Part shown: positions 40,965-52,695 of the stretch, piece by piece | How the letters are laid out: each line of letters starts with the position of its first letter | How positions within the stretch are numbered: position 1 is the first letter of the stretch | Program-made: the position numbers and the translations under genes | DNA from: Mobula hypostoma | Lineage: Eukaryota | DNA: 64,000 nucleotides | Assembly (NCBI RefSeq): GCF_963921235.1 | Contig: NC_086097.1 | Coordinates: forward strand, 131,380,001-131,444,000 | Reading direction: 5' to 3' | The notes under the pieces: model-generated | What the model was told of the DNA's origin: nothing | Database searches by the model: none | What the model saw: only the letters and a program-made list of their open reading frames with translations

Positions 40965-41001
40965 TAAGCTGCCATTCTGAACGATGACGTCACCGGAACC
41001 A
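40965..41001 (-). promoter_or_regulatory. Putative L1 internal promoter motifs
   Basis: CRE palindrome TGACGTCA 40985-40992, ETS-like CCGGAA 40993-40998, YY1-like GCCAT 40971-40975, all at the element 5' end. Confidence 0.45.
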
Positions 41002-41142
41002 GTTTGCCAATCTTTAACACTTCTGAGTGGTACTTGCCTGAATGCAGAGTTCCAGAGTTTACTGCAAGGTTCTCCCCCCTCTCATTCCAACAGCAGAGAG
41101 AACATAAGGTCAAGTGCCAGTATCCTGCAGTCTCCGTGCATA

Positions 41143-41530
41143 AACACAAGAGATTCTGCAGAAGCTGGAAATCCAGAGCAACAGACGCACAAAATGCTGG
41201 AATAACTCAGCAGGTCAGGCAGCATCTATGGAGATTAATAAACAGTCAAGGTTTTGGGCCGAGAGCCTTCATCAGGACTGGAAAGGAAGGGGGAAGATGG
41301 TAGAATAAGAAGGTGGGGGACTGGGGAAAGAGGATAAACCAGAGGTGTAGCTGAAGTCAGCTGGGTGGGAGAGGTAAAGGGCTGGAGAAGAAGGAATCTG
41401 ATAGGAGACGAGAGTGGACCATGGCAGAAAAGGAAGAAAGTGGGGCACCAGAGGGAAGTATAGTTACAGTAGATGAAGAAAAAAGGTAAGCAGCCAAAAT
41501 GGGAGTAGAAGAAAAGGGAAGGAAGATGGA
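41143..41530 (-). mobile_element. Penelope-type 3' fragment with degenerate hammerhead (41243-41280)
   Basis: Minus strand cagtc CTGATGA aggctctcggccc AAAACCTT gactg (GAAA box mutated); typical tail ccagcttctgcagaatctcttgtgttt. Confidence 0.7.
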
Positions 41531-41539
41531 AATACAAAA

Positions 41540-42295
41540 GAAAAAAATAATAATAAATAAATAAGTAATAAATATCGAGAACATGAGATGAAGAATCCTT
41601 GAAAGTGAGTCAGTTGGCTGTGGGAATGATGGGGCAAGTGAATTTGAGTGAAGTTATCCCTTTGGTTGAAAAACTTGATGGTTGAGGGGTAATAACTGTT
41701 CCTGATCCTGGTGGTGTGAGTCCTGAGGCTCGTGTATCTTCTTACTAATGGAAGCAGTGAGAAGAGAGCATGTCCTGGGGTGGTGGGGGTCCTTCAAGAT
41801 GGCTGCTGTTTTCTTGCGACAACACTCTCTGTGGATGTGCTCAATGGTGGGGAGAGCTTTACCCGTGATGGACTGGGCCTTATCCATTACTTTTTGTAGG
41901 ATTTTCTGTTCAAGGACATTGATGTTTCTATAGTCACACCTTCAGGTTCAGGAAGATTTATTACCCCTCAACCATCAAGGACTTGAGCCAGAGGGAATAA
42001 CTTCTTTTAACTTCACTTGCCCTGTCACTCTTCCCTCAATCTAAGGACTCACTTTCAAGGACTCTTCATTTCATGTTCTTGATATTTATTGCTTATTTAT
42101 TTATTTTTCATTTATTTTTGTATTTGCACAGTTAGTTGTCTTTTGCATACTGGTTGTCCATCCTGTTGGTGTGGTTCATAACTGATTCTATTATGGTTAT
42201 TGGATTTATTGAGGATACTTGCAAGAAAATAAATCCAAGGGTTGTATATGGTGAAATATTATTATGTAATTTGATAATAAATTTAATTTGAACTT
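41540..42295. mobile_element. Two Rex1/Babar-like 3' fragments in inverted arrangement
   Basis: 41545-41930(-) DKAQSITGKALPTIEHIH..CCRKK.AAILKDPHHP; 41940-42295(+) repeats the same 3' UTR (ttattacccctcaaccatcaag...actcactttcaagga.tcttcat.tcatgttct). Confidence 0.7.
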
Positions 42296-42376
42296 TAATC
42301 TCCTCCTGCTTGCCAAATAGCACATCTGTCCTCATGATGTAAAAGACTCTAGCACAACTGAATGGATGATTCCTCC

Positions 42377-42798
42377 TGTCACCAGGTTCGGATATGGCCC
42401 CAGTGCAGAGTGAGAGACACTGAAGCAGGTCGATAGTTCACAGACTTTAATGCGAACAGTGTTAAACGGAAAAGAAAACAATAAATGCTAGGCCAAACAG
42501 GGCCGTTAACTAAAACTCTCGTATGGAAAATGAAGCCTACACTGCGGCTAAAAAGAACAACTAAGAATAAAACAAATACCTCTAGTCTTCAGAGCCAGTT
42601 GATGCAACAGTCCAATTTCTCAGGCAAGGCAGAATGCAAGCAGGCAGTGAAGAGTTACTGTGTCCAAGTCTCGACAAATACTATGATGGAATGAATGGAG
42701 TTAAATACTATAATAAAGAAATAGTAATTAGTTGACACCTGCATATTCATGAGGGCAATTGACGTATCTACTGTGCTGTCGAATTCGTGGTTGTGACA
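42377..42798 (-). mobile_element. Solo LTR (422 bp)
   Basis: Termini TGTCAC...GTGACA; 5-bp TSD cctcc at 42372-42376/42799-42803; ATTAAA signal on minus strand near 42445. Confidence 0.9.
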
Positions 42799-42939
42799 CC
42801 TCCAGCTCAAATGTTTTCATTGTAAATGGAAATGTACATTTGAAAACTGAGAAAATGCATGCTGTTTTTAATTATCTCTATGATTTGTCACCTGAGTTGT
42901 TACAGTAGTGGCCTGGAAATCTATGGAGGGAATATAGAA

Positions 42940-43415
42940 AGATTTAAAGATTAGTTTTATTTGTCACATGTATACAGTGGAATGTGTTTATGATCAATAC
43001 AGTCTGAGGATGTTCTGGAGGTGACTGTCACCATGTTTCCAGTGCCAACATTGCATAGTCACAGCTTACTAACCCTAATCTGTACATCTCTGAAATGTGG
43101 GAGAACCTGCAGGAAACCCACACGCTCACAGGGAGAACGTACAAGCTCCTGACAGACTGCGGGTGGAACTGAATCCTAAAGCATTGTGCTAACTGGTACG
43201 CTACCAAGCCACATTCTGGTCAACATTCCCAGATGCCACCACCACGCTAGCTCACCTTGCTGCTGAGGGAGGAAACCGGAGGATCTGGAGGAAACGCATG
43301 TGGAAAAAGAGAGAATGTGCAAACTCCACATAGACAGCACTGAGGATAAGGAGTGAACCTGCGTGCCAGGCTCTGTGAGGCATCAACTCTACCAGCTGTA
43401 CCACTGTGTCACCCT
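42940..43415 (-). mobile_element. Two degenerate V-SINE-like copies
   Basis: gtgggagaacctgcaggaaacccacacgctcacagggagaacgtacaagctcc and ggaggaaaccggaggatctggaggaaac...gcaaactccacatagacagcac. Confidence 0.6.
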
Positions 43416-45175
43416 CTTGCCTCCCATAGTATTTCTGGCTATAATGTTCCAAAATCAGTTAATCTGGTGAAGGTGCAACTTGTTTTTTGTGGTAATTAAC
43501 ATGACTCAGTTACCCCTATAATCAACCACTGAATTTGGCAATTGGACAGGATTACTGTTGCATTGAATGGGAATTATCATGGCATGACAGATTTCAAGGT
43601 ATTTCATACAAATTTTACTGAAAGCTTGCTGAGAACAGACGTGGGGAAAGAAAGCATTTCACGATCATTATGGAAAATTTATGGAGTGCAGCTGGCATAA
43701 AATAAATACAATTTACATAAAGGCGTAAAACATAGCTGGAATGGACTGGTCTGGCAGGAAAGTTTGTACCTTCTGCCTGATGGTTATGAATTCTGACTTT
43801 GCTATGAACTATTCTTTGACGTTAGTTGGGTCATGAAGATTTGATCAGAAATTAATTTTATAGTAATTACTAAACAAATTCTTAGTCACGAAACCCAGCT
43901 AGCAAAGCAAGATAAGCCAGTGTGTGTTCAGGATGTGAATGCATACTGCAAGTGCAATGAGAATAATCCTTTAGAGTAGCAGTTAAAATGCCTCACTTAA
44001 TAATGCAGAAATGTTAATGCAATAAAGGTATAATGTAGATTTATTTACAACAGTCAACTGTTACTTTTATTGTAAAAATTACCACTGATAGATACATATC
44101 AGGTCCCAGCAACTTCAGGGTAAATAAGGAGAAACTGTTTTTGTTCGCAGACATTCAAAGATCAGATGATATAAGTTACAGTGATGATACAAAGATGTAG
44201 AGGTTACATGGGAAAGTGTTTTTCTATTGAGAATGTGAACTATAACTCATTGGTAAATTGGTAAATTGCTTTATTATTGTCAAATTACTGAAAAACAGTG
44301 AAAGACGTTGTTTTGCATAGGTCTGTACAGAGCATTTCATCACATCAGCACATTGACGTAGTAAGAGGGGGAGCAATAGCATGGAAGGATGGTGGGTACA
44401 GTGTAAATTGCAGCTTTTTTAAAAAAAGAAAACGGTAAGTCCCCAAGAGGGAAAGTTAGACTCTTGAGCGAGAGCAACTTGCAGGATGATGGGGAAAGAG
44501 AGGAGTGACTATATTACTCTAAAGGAGTTGATATCAATGGGACAAATGAAGCCCTTCTATAATGTACAGTTTCTATACTCCTCTGATTCTGCACTAGATA
44601 GGTCTGAAGCTGTAGTGAAGAAACACTGCAAGGAATAAATGATGTTTATTTGATGGGGGAAAAATGTGACAGTAATAAGCTTTAGTTTTTTTTTTAATCT
44701 GAAGGCTTAATTTAATGTTTACTGATATTATTTGAAGTTCTTCCAAATCTTGGTTCTTTTATTCCTATCCATAGCCTTGCTGAATAAAACCTGTTCTTCT
44801 AAGTTTTCAATATTATTTTTTGATATTGTACTCATTTGCCAATAAGATCCCTAACGAAGTGTTTCTGCTTTGATCCTATCCCTGCATTATCTATCTAGAC
44901 TTCTTTGAATACATTTCTTTCTGCCGGTAGAGCAGTCAAAATAATCAAGGACACCTTCCTACCCTCGACATGTTTTCTTTTTCTCCCATCAGGTAGAATA
45001 TACAAAAGCCTGAAAGACGTACCCACAGGCACAAGGATAGTTTATATCCTGCTGTTATAAGACTGTTGAATGCTCCAATGAAATGGATTCTTGACCACAC
45101 AATCCACCTCATTATGACCTTGCAACTTATTGTCTGCCTGCACTGCAGTTTCTCTGTAACTTTATTCTGCCCGTT

Positions 45176-45560
45176 ACATAGAAACATAGAAACATAGAAA
45201 ATAAGTGCAGGAGTAGGCCATTCGGCCCTTCAAGCCTGCACCGCCATTCAGTATGATCATGGCTGATCATCCAACTCAGAACCCTGTACCAGCCTTCCCT
45301 CCTTACCCCCTAATCCCTTTAGCCACAAGGGCCATATCTAACTCCCTCTTAAATATAGCCCATGAACTGGCCTCAACTGTTTCCTGTGGCAGAGAATTCC
45401 ACAGATTCACCACTCTCTGTGTGAAGAAGTTTTTCCTAATCTCAGTCCTAAAAGGCTTCCCCTTTATCCTCAAACTGTGACCCCTCATTCTGGACTTCCC
45501 CAACATTGGGAACAATCTTCCTGCACCTAGCCTGTCCACTCCCTTTAGGATTTTATACAT
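45176..45560 (-). mobile_element. CR1-type LINE 3' fragment
   Basis: ORF YKILKGVDRL...RKNFFTQRVVNLWNSLPQETVEA; tail (acatagaa)n. Confidence 0.9.
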
Positions 45561-46544
45561 TTACTTGTACAACCTCAGTACACTGTGGAAATGATGGTAT
45601 GCAAAACAAAGTTATTCACTGTATCTTGGTACCTGCGACAATGATTTACCAATTTACCGATTTTGTCAACTCAATGGACTTGATGTCTACAATGCATTAC
45701 TTGCACTCTCGGTTGACTATCAACAGTCATTCTTAGTAGAGAAGATCATTTAAGTCCCGTTGACTGGTTACCCCTGTGCTTCCTTACCTGCCTTGGTTGC
45801 TGTACTCCTAATGTGTGAAATTAAAAATTATTCTTCTTGTACTCATATTCATCCATCATCTCATCCCTCCCTATCTCTGTAAACTCTGCAGCATTCCAAG
45901 ATTTCTACTGAGTCTCTAGACTCTGGAATTCCTTCCCTAAACCTCTCAATGCCTTTTAAGTCACTCCATAAAACCTAACACTTTGATTATGTTTCAGAAT
46001 GCCTCTCCTTAAACAATCATTTTCAGTTTGTCTTGAACTCTGATTGCCTGCACTCTCGTGAAGTACCTAGTATGTTAAAAAGGGTCATATAAATTCGCAG
46101 CTTCAGGTCTGTTATTTTTAATGGACAGAAAAATCACAGGGATTGGGCTGTGAAGTCTGACCACACCAACTAGCCCTTTAAAATCATGAAAGATGCTGAT
46201 TTTAAAATAAATGCAATCATTAAATTCATCTAGATAACTCTATGACCAACTAACCATTGATCAGTGAAGCAATCTGCGAATTAACATTGATGATACAGGA
46301 AAAGGTAAGTTTGGTCCTGATTTTGTCTATGAATCAACATGATCAACAATTATAAAGGAAACTGAAAACTGATGTGATAAAATTGCTATAAACAGATCAA
46401 GTGATTCATCCTATTAAAAGTTCTGAAACTGAAGATTAAAGACCTTTCGTTTCAAACAAATGGATGTGTCACCTCTATATACTAAACCATGTGGTTTTTG
46501 CAGCAGAGCAATTAAAACGGGAATTGCCAGAAATTAACCGGCGG

Positions 46545-46885
46545 TCCTTGGGTACAGGGGAAAGTAACTGCTAGTAGAGCTGCTGCCTCATAGCCCCAGT
46601 GACCCTGGTTCAGTCCTGATCTCTGCCACTGTCTGTTTGTGTGGAGCTTGCATTGGAAGCTCCCTCTGACAAAACAGGTTTCCTCAGATGCTCTGCAGTT
46701 TTTCCTCCCACATCCCCAAAGATGTGTGGGATGATAGGTTAATTGGCCACTGTAAATTGCCCCTCATGTGTAAGTGAGAGGTAGAATCTGGGAGATTGAT
46801 GCATATGTAGAGAAAATAAAAGGGGATCATTGTCAGTGGATGCTTGAAGGTTGGTGAAGGGTCGATTTCTGTGCTGTATGACTTA
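46545..46885 (+). mobile_element. Degenerate V-SINE-like element
   Basis: gtagagctgctgcctca...ctggttcagtcctgatctc; ggtttcctcagatgctctgcagtttttcctcccacatcccc. Confidence 0.6.
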
Positions 46886-47079
46886 CATGCCACCAAAGGG
46901 AAAATCACATAAATTTCTATTGTTGAAAGTGGGTATTAGTCTATCCAGTGTTAGACTAAACTGGACAGACTTAAGTTTCCTATGATGAAAGTAATGCACT
47001 ACAATTTAGCTGAGCAGTTTGTCTTCATGAAGGGAACACTGCCCAGGGTTTCCTAACTTCATTACTGTTAGAATCCACT

Positions 47080-47520
47080 GCTGGACGGATGTACACTCCA
47101 GCATAATTTTCCAGCAGTCCAATAACCGCCGCCACCTTTCTTTTGCTCTTTATATATTTGAAAAATGTATCTTCTTTTATATTACTGGTTATACTACCTT
47201 TATATTTTTTTCTTTTCTCTCCTTATGGCTTTCTTAGTTGCCATCTGTTTGTTTTTAAAACCTTCCAAATCCTGTAACTTCCCACCAATTTTGCTATATT
47301 ACATACCTGGTCTCTGATGCTGTCTCTGACTTCCCTTGTCAGCCATGCTTACCTCATCCTCCCTTTAGAATACTTCCTCAGCATCTATCCTGCGCCTACC
47401 GAATTACCTCCAGTAACTCCAGCCATTGCATTCTGCCATCATTCCTTCTAGTGTCCCCTTCCAATCAACTTTGTCCTGCTCCTCTCTCATGTCTCTATAA
47501 TTCCCTTTGCTCCATTGTAA
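47080..47520 (-). mobile_element. CR1-type ORF2 internal fragment
   Basis: Minus strand resembles the post-endonuclease linker (GNYRDMREEQDKVDWKGTLEG; PWLTREVRD; WKVLK). Confidence 0.55.
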
Positions 47521-47574
47521 TATTATTCAGTGTGCTGTTTCTTTCACCAGCATACGATTCTGATTCTAACAGAT

Positions 47575-48375
47575 TCGGAGTGCGGAGCTTAGGATGATGG
47601 TGCCTAACAGAAACTCCTTTCTTTCATCTTCAGAAACAGCTCTATTTCTATCTTTAATATCTCTTTTTTTCTTTTACAGGTTTCTTTTGAAGACCCTGAC
47701 CTGGAGTTACATGCTGACGTTGGTTCTTTGTGGAAGTGGGACCTGCTGTCAGGGCCTCACGACTGGTTCCTTTTCGATGTGCCAAGGACGCGGCCTGGAA
47801 GATTAGTGCACCTTCAGGGTGCTGAGCTTTTGTGGCTCTAGAGGTGGGCAGATTCGAGGATGGTGCCACTGCCTGATGTGTAGTGGGAGTCCACGGAAGA
47901 TTGAAAGCAGTGAACTGGCTGCTGACTGTGTGCCCAGAGACCTGAGTTCTTTGGGCACAGAGCTTGGAAAAAGCAACGCAAGAGACTTTTAACAATGTAA
48001 ATCGGTGAGTTGTTTTGTTATGTCACCCCTCTCGCTGTGAAATGGTGACACCTCTTTTTCCCTTATTAGGGAGAGATAGAGTCTGTGGCATGTCAAATTA
48101 CTGGGTGAACGAGTAGTCTTTGGGGTACTGCAAGTCTGTGTCTTTATTGATGCTTTGCTGCATGCTTGAGTGCTCGGTGGAGGGTGCTGATGCCTTTTTG
48201 CTGGTGGGGGAGGAGGGTTGTCGTCGCTTTGCTGCAGCTTATGCGTGGGGGGGAGCTGTGCAGTTCTAACATTTAACTGTCATTCATTCTTCAAGGCATT
48301 CCTCTGTTTTCGTGGATGTTTGTGAAGAAAAAGAATTTCAGGATGTATATTGTATACATTTCTCTGACATTAAAC
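47575..48375 (+). mobile_element. Non-autonomous LINE-related interspersed repeat (~800 bp)
   Basis: GC-richer block starting gagtgcggagcttaggatgatggtgcc and ending in LINE-like tail aagaatttcaggatgtatattgtatacatttctctgacattaaa; no coding capacity. Confidence 0.5.
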
Positions 48376-49450
48376 CTTCCTATAACAACCTGTGTTCCCT
48401 ATGGTTCCTTGTTCCAAACATACCAGCGTGAAGAATCCCCACTATTGAAGGTGGTGGCATTGCCATGGAAGAGCTCCAGGGGTACAAAAGAGAGAAATTA
48501 AGAATAGCTTTATCTGTCTGATGAACATTGAACTATCAAATCAACAACCAACATAGTCTGAGGATGCTTTTGAGGGAGGACCTGCAGGTGTCGTCATGTT
48601 TCCAAACACCAATATAACATGCCCAGTTACTAACCCTAACCTTAACCTACATGTCTTTGGAAAGTGGGAGGTAACGTGAGCAGCCGGCGGAAGCCCACAC
48701 CATCACGAGAAAAAAGTACAAACACCTTAAAGACTGCGGCAGGAATTGAATCTGGAAGATTGATCTCTGGCTCTGAAACGTGTTGTGCTGACTACCACAT
48801 TGCCCTGCTGCTGTGTACCACACTAACATATCTGTAAAATATCGAACATCTGGCACAAGTTTGCCCAAGAACAAAAGTTCCAGCAAGAAAAGCAAGAACA
48901 GAAGTGCGATAAGCAACAAGAACTCTGAGACAAATGGTGTTCTATTTCAAAGCTCTTGCTACCAGAAGGCCCAAACAAACATTTCTTCGCTCTTTACTCA
49001 GCCTTCAGATTCGGGTGTACCTGGTAAGGCCAAGGTTTACTGCCCAACCCCAGTTGCTATGGTATAAAAAAGGCTGTTTCAAGTCAGTGATTTTTATGGA
49101 TCTGGAGCTTCCCTTCATGGGAGCTCATTATTTTCTGATTTCTGTAATTGTCTCCAGCTCCCTAAGCTGCTGCACTCTCTTGGTCCTCCAGTTATGACCT
49201 CCTCATCTTGTGATTTTAATGGTCTACCATTCACAGCCACCTTCTCCTCATCATATCCCTTTACCCTTCTGTCCTACTCTCTAATAGCTCAATGACAGAC
49301 TGAGTTTGATGATGCTCCTTTGGGGCATTTTACTACGTTAAAGGGTCAATGTAATGTAGATTGCTGTTGATGTATTAAACTAAATTCAAATTGAACTTTA
49401 TGCTTCCATGGCGATTTTGTAATTATGTTCAACTATATTGTTTGTCCTTG

Positions 49451-49555
49451 CCTCTGTTTTATTTGAACTAATAACATAACTACTACCTCTGTTTTATTTG
49501 AACTAATAACATAACTACTACCTCTGTTTTATTTGAACTAATAACATAACTACTA
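49451..49555. repeat. Perfect 35-bp tandem repeat x3
   Basis: cctctgttttatttgaactaataacataactacta at 49451, 49486 and 49521. Confidence 0.97.
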
Positions 49556-49559
49556 TTCC

Positions 49560-49697
<138 letters not shown>

Positions 49698-49869
49698 ACA
49701 AAAGAGAAAGTGGCCAATTGGCCCATTAGCTCCATCCTGGCTCCCTGCGAGAAATTCCATTCATCCCACTCCTCCCTTTTGTTATTTCTTTAATTCTTTT
49801 CAATATATTATCATTATTAATCAACTCTCAATGACTCTTTTTTGATTTTCTTTGCCATTAACCTACATG

Positions 49870-50184
49870 TTCCCATGTTGGCGCGTGGCCAAGTGGTTAA
49901 GGTGTTCGTCTAGTGATCTGAAGGTCGCTAGTTCGAGCCTTGGCTGAGGCAGTGTGTGTGTCCTTGAGCAAGGCACTTAACCACACATTGCTCTGCGACA
50001 CCGGTGCCAAGCTGTATGGGTCCTAATGTCCTTCCCTTGGACAACATCGGTGGCGTGGAGAGGGGAGACTTGCAGCATGGGCAACTGCTGGTCTTCCACA
50101 CAATCTTGCCCAGGCCTATGCCCTGGAAACCTTCCAAGGCACAAATCCATGGTCTCACGAGGTTAACGGATGCCTATAAAAAAA
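49870..50184 (+). mobile_element. tRNA-derived CORE-like SINE with RTE-like 3' end (copy 2)
   Basis: A box TGGCCAAGTGG, B box GTTCGAGCC; A-tail; 10-bp TSD aacctacatg at 49860-49869/50185-50194. Confidence 0.9.
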
Positions 50185-52367
50185 AACCTACATGAAGTTG
50201 CTAATTAGGACAAGGGAAGAAGCTAGAGCATTTGGAGGAAACTAAGTATAACCAAATACTCTTGAGTGTGCTAGGGAATGGTCTCCAGCATTCTCATAGA
50301 CAAGGACAGAACACTATCCTTCTTTATTCTTTGTGAGTAACCAAAGTAGGCTCTTGCCTGCTTGAATTCATTGTTCCAGACCAGACTGGTGAAATTTGTG
50401 GTAACTAGTTTTTGAACCAAGCCAAATTAAGTGGAGATTTGACTAATGGTTAAATTGGCTAAGAATATCTAGTCGAGGGCCAAGTCGTGAAGATTAAATT
50501 ATAGGACTAACGAGAGAAAGGGGAAAGTAATGAATACCTTTTTAAATGCTTTGAATGATGATGATTTGGAACTCACAAGTTCTAGAGTTGATGGACGCAG
50601 AATCAGAACTTTAAAAAAGGAATTGGATCAGCATTGGAGAGGGAATATTTGTAGGCTTCTGGGGAAATAGCTTAGAAAAGGAATTAAAAGGTTTTCCATT
50701 TTAGGAGACAACACATCCTGGTTGAGTCAAATAGCCTCAAAGTACAAGAATTCTATAATTCAGGGATTTTGCAATTCTATGAAGAGAGGACCGAATTATT
50801 TGTAAGTTGAATGGAGCTCATGTTGGTCCAAAACAACTGGCCTGCTTTCACTAGATTGAGATGTACTGAAGCTGGCCTTCTTATGACAAGGAGTTCAACT
50901 TGGCAATAAAATTACCAGTGTGTAACTAAGTGACCTAATGTTAGCCTGATCAAAGACAAGAAACCCAATGAATTACTCCTTTGCACTCCTGGATTTGACC
51001 ATAATCTTGATCTCAATGTTTTTAGGTAAATGCATCATATATTTAATCAGAATTAAAAGGGCCTCATCTAACAGATCCTTCGAAAAATATTCTGAGCTCC
51101 CTCAAAAGAAAGCTGACAACTGAGAAAGGTGCTTGAATAATCCCTAAAGCAAACAACAATAGTTAAATTGACAGTTTGTGTGGTCAAAATGTAAACCAGA
51201 AACTGAACTGGAACATGGAACATGAAAGAGTACAGCACAGGAACAAGCCATTTGGCCACAATGTTGTGCTGTAGCAGCTAAAAAGCAAATCAAAAACACT
51301 CAAACACTATTCCCCTCTACCTACACCATGTCCATATTCCTCCATCCTCCTTCTTTTTATGTGCCTATACAAACGTCTCTTAAAAGCCTCTAATGTATTT
51401 GCCTCTACCACCATACCAGGTAGTGCATTCCAGGCATCCTCACTCTCTGAATAAAAAACTTGCCTCTCACATCCCCCTTGAAGCTACTGCTTCTCACCTT
51501 CAATGTATGCCCTCTGGTATTAAATATTTCAACCTTGGGAAACAGATACTCTCTGTCCACTCTATCGACACCTCTCATAAACTTGTAGACCTCTATCAAA
51601 TCTCTCCTCAGCCTCTGACGCTCCAGAGAAAACAGCCCAAGTTTATCCAGCCTTTCCTGATACCATATGCCCTCTAAACTAGGCAGCATCCTGGCAAACC
51701 TCTTCTGCACCCTCTCCAAAGCCTTAATATCTTTCCTTTAGTGGTGCAACCAGAACTGTATGCAATACTCCAGATGTGGCCTAACCAGAGTTTTGTAAAG
51801 TTGCAACATAACCTCTGACTTTTGAACCCAGCGTTTCGACTAATAAAAGCAAACATTCCATGAACCTTCTTACCCACCTTATCGACCTGTGTAGCCACTT
51901 TCAAGGAGCTATGAAGTTGTATCCCAAGATCTCTTTGCTCAGCAACACTGTTAAGGACCTTGCCCTGCCTTGTCTCCTTGCATTTGCTTTACTGAGGTGC
52001 AACACCTCACATTTATCTGGGTTTAACTTCTGCCATTTTTCAGCCCATATCTACAACTGGTCTATATCATGCTATATTCTTCCCCAGTCTTGTACACTAT
52101 TCACAACTCCATCAATCTTGGTATCATCCACAAATTTACTAACCCAACCATCTACATTTTCATCCAGGTCATTTATATACATGACAAACAGCAGAGGTCA
52201 CAGCGCAGATCCCTGTGGAACTCCACTAGTTACAGACATCCAACTCAAATAAGTCCCTTCAACCACTATCCTCTGTCTTCTATGTGCAAGCCAGTTCAGT
52301 ATCCAAACAACTCTTTCAGTACGCTGGATGAACTCAGCAGGTCGATCAGCATCAGTCAGAAACGATA

Positions 52368-52403
52368 AGTCGATGTTTCGGGCTGGAACCCTTCGTCAGG
52401 ACT
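52368..52403 (-). ncRNA. Minimal type I hammerhead ribozyme motif
   Basis: Minus strand agtc CTGACGA agggttccagccc GAAACATC gact. Confidence 0.65.
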
Positions 52404-52471
52404 GAAGAATGAAAGATGAATTCTTTCATCAAAAATGAATTTAAAAAATCCTTCCCCATCTTTCATTCTTC

Positions 52472-52507
52472 AGTCCTGATGAAAGGTTCCGGCCCGAAAT
52501 GTCGACT
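52472..52507 (+). ncRNA. Minimal type I hammerhead ribozyme motif
   Basis: agtc CTGATGA aaggttccggccc GAAATGTC gact (GUC triplet). Confidence 0.65.
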
Positions 52508-52695
52508 CATCGTTTCTGACTGATGCTGCCCGACCTGCTGAGTTCATCCAGCGTATTGAAAATGTTGCTTTGATCACAGCATCTGCAGATTATTTTGTGT
52601 TCAGTATCCAAACAGCCACTTTGCTGCAGATCCCAAGCACCTTAATCTTCTGGATTAGCCTCCCCTGACTGAAATCCATGTAGACAACCTACTCT

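Larger units (their letters stand above)
35389..41001 (-). mobile_element. Full-length, decayed L1-clade LINE (5.6 kb)
   Basis: 14-bp TSD gtttgccaatcttt at 35375-35388/41002-41015; poly-A tail and AATAAA on minus strand; 5' UTR, ORF1, ~0.46-0.5 kb spacer, ORF2. Confidence 0.95.
52310..52598. mobile_element. Penelope-type fold-back insert with a hammerhead motif on each strand and a 16-bp TSD
   Basis: TSD gttcagtatccaaaca at 52294-52309/52599-52614; inverted arms 52315-52418 and 52457-52560. Confidence 0.9.
51205..52690 (-). mobile_element. CR1-type LINE 3' fragment (RT C-half)
   Basis: SGVPQGSAL, KFVDDTKI, ERVQKRFARMLPSLEG...LIEVYK; tail ggaacatggaacatg. Confidence 0.88.

Noticed and set aside
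48813..49067. Low-complexity ORFs (K/S-rich on +, hydrophobic signal-like on -)
   Set aside because: They arise from an A/G-rich caagaa-type tract partly overlapping a SINE; no clear splice context or recognisable domain.
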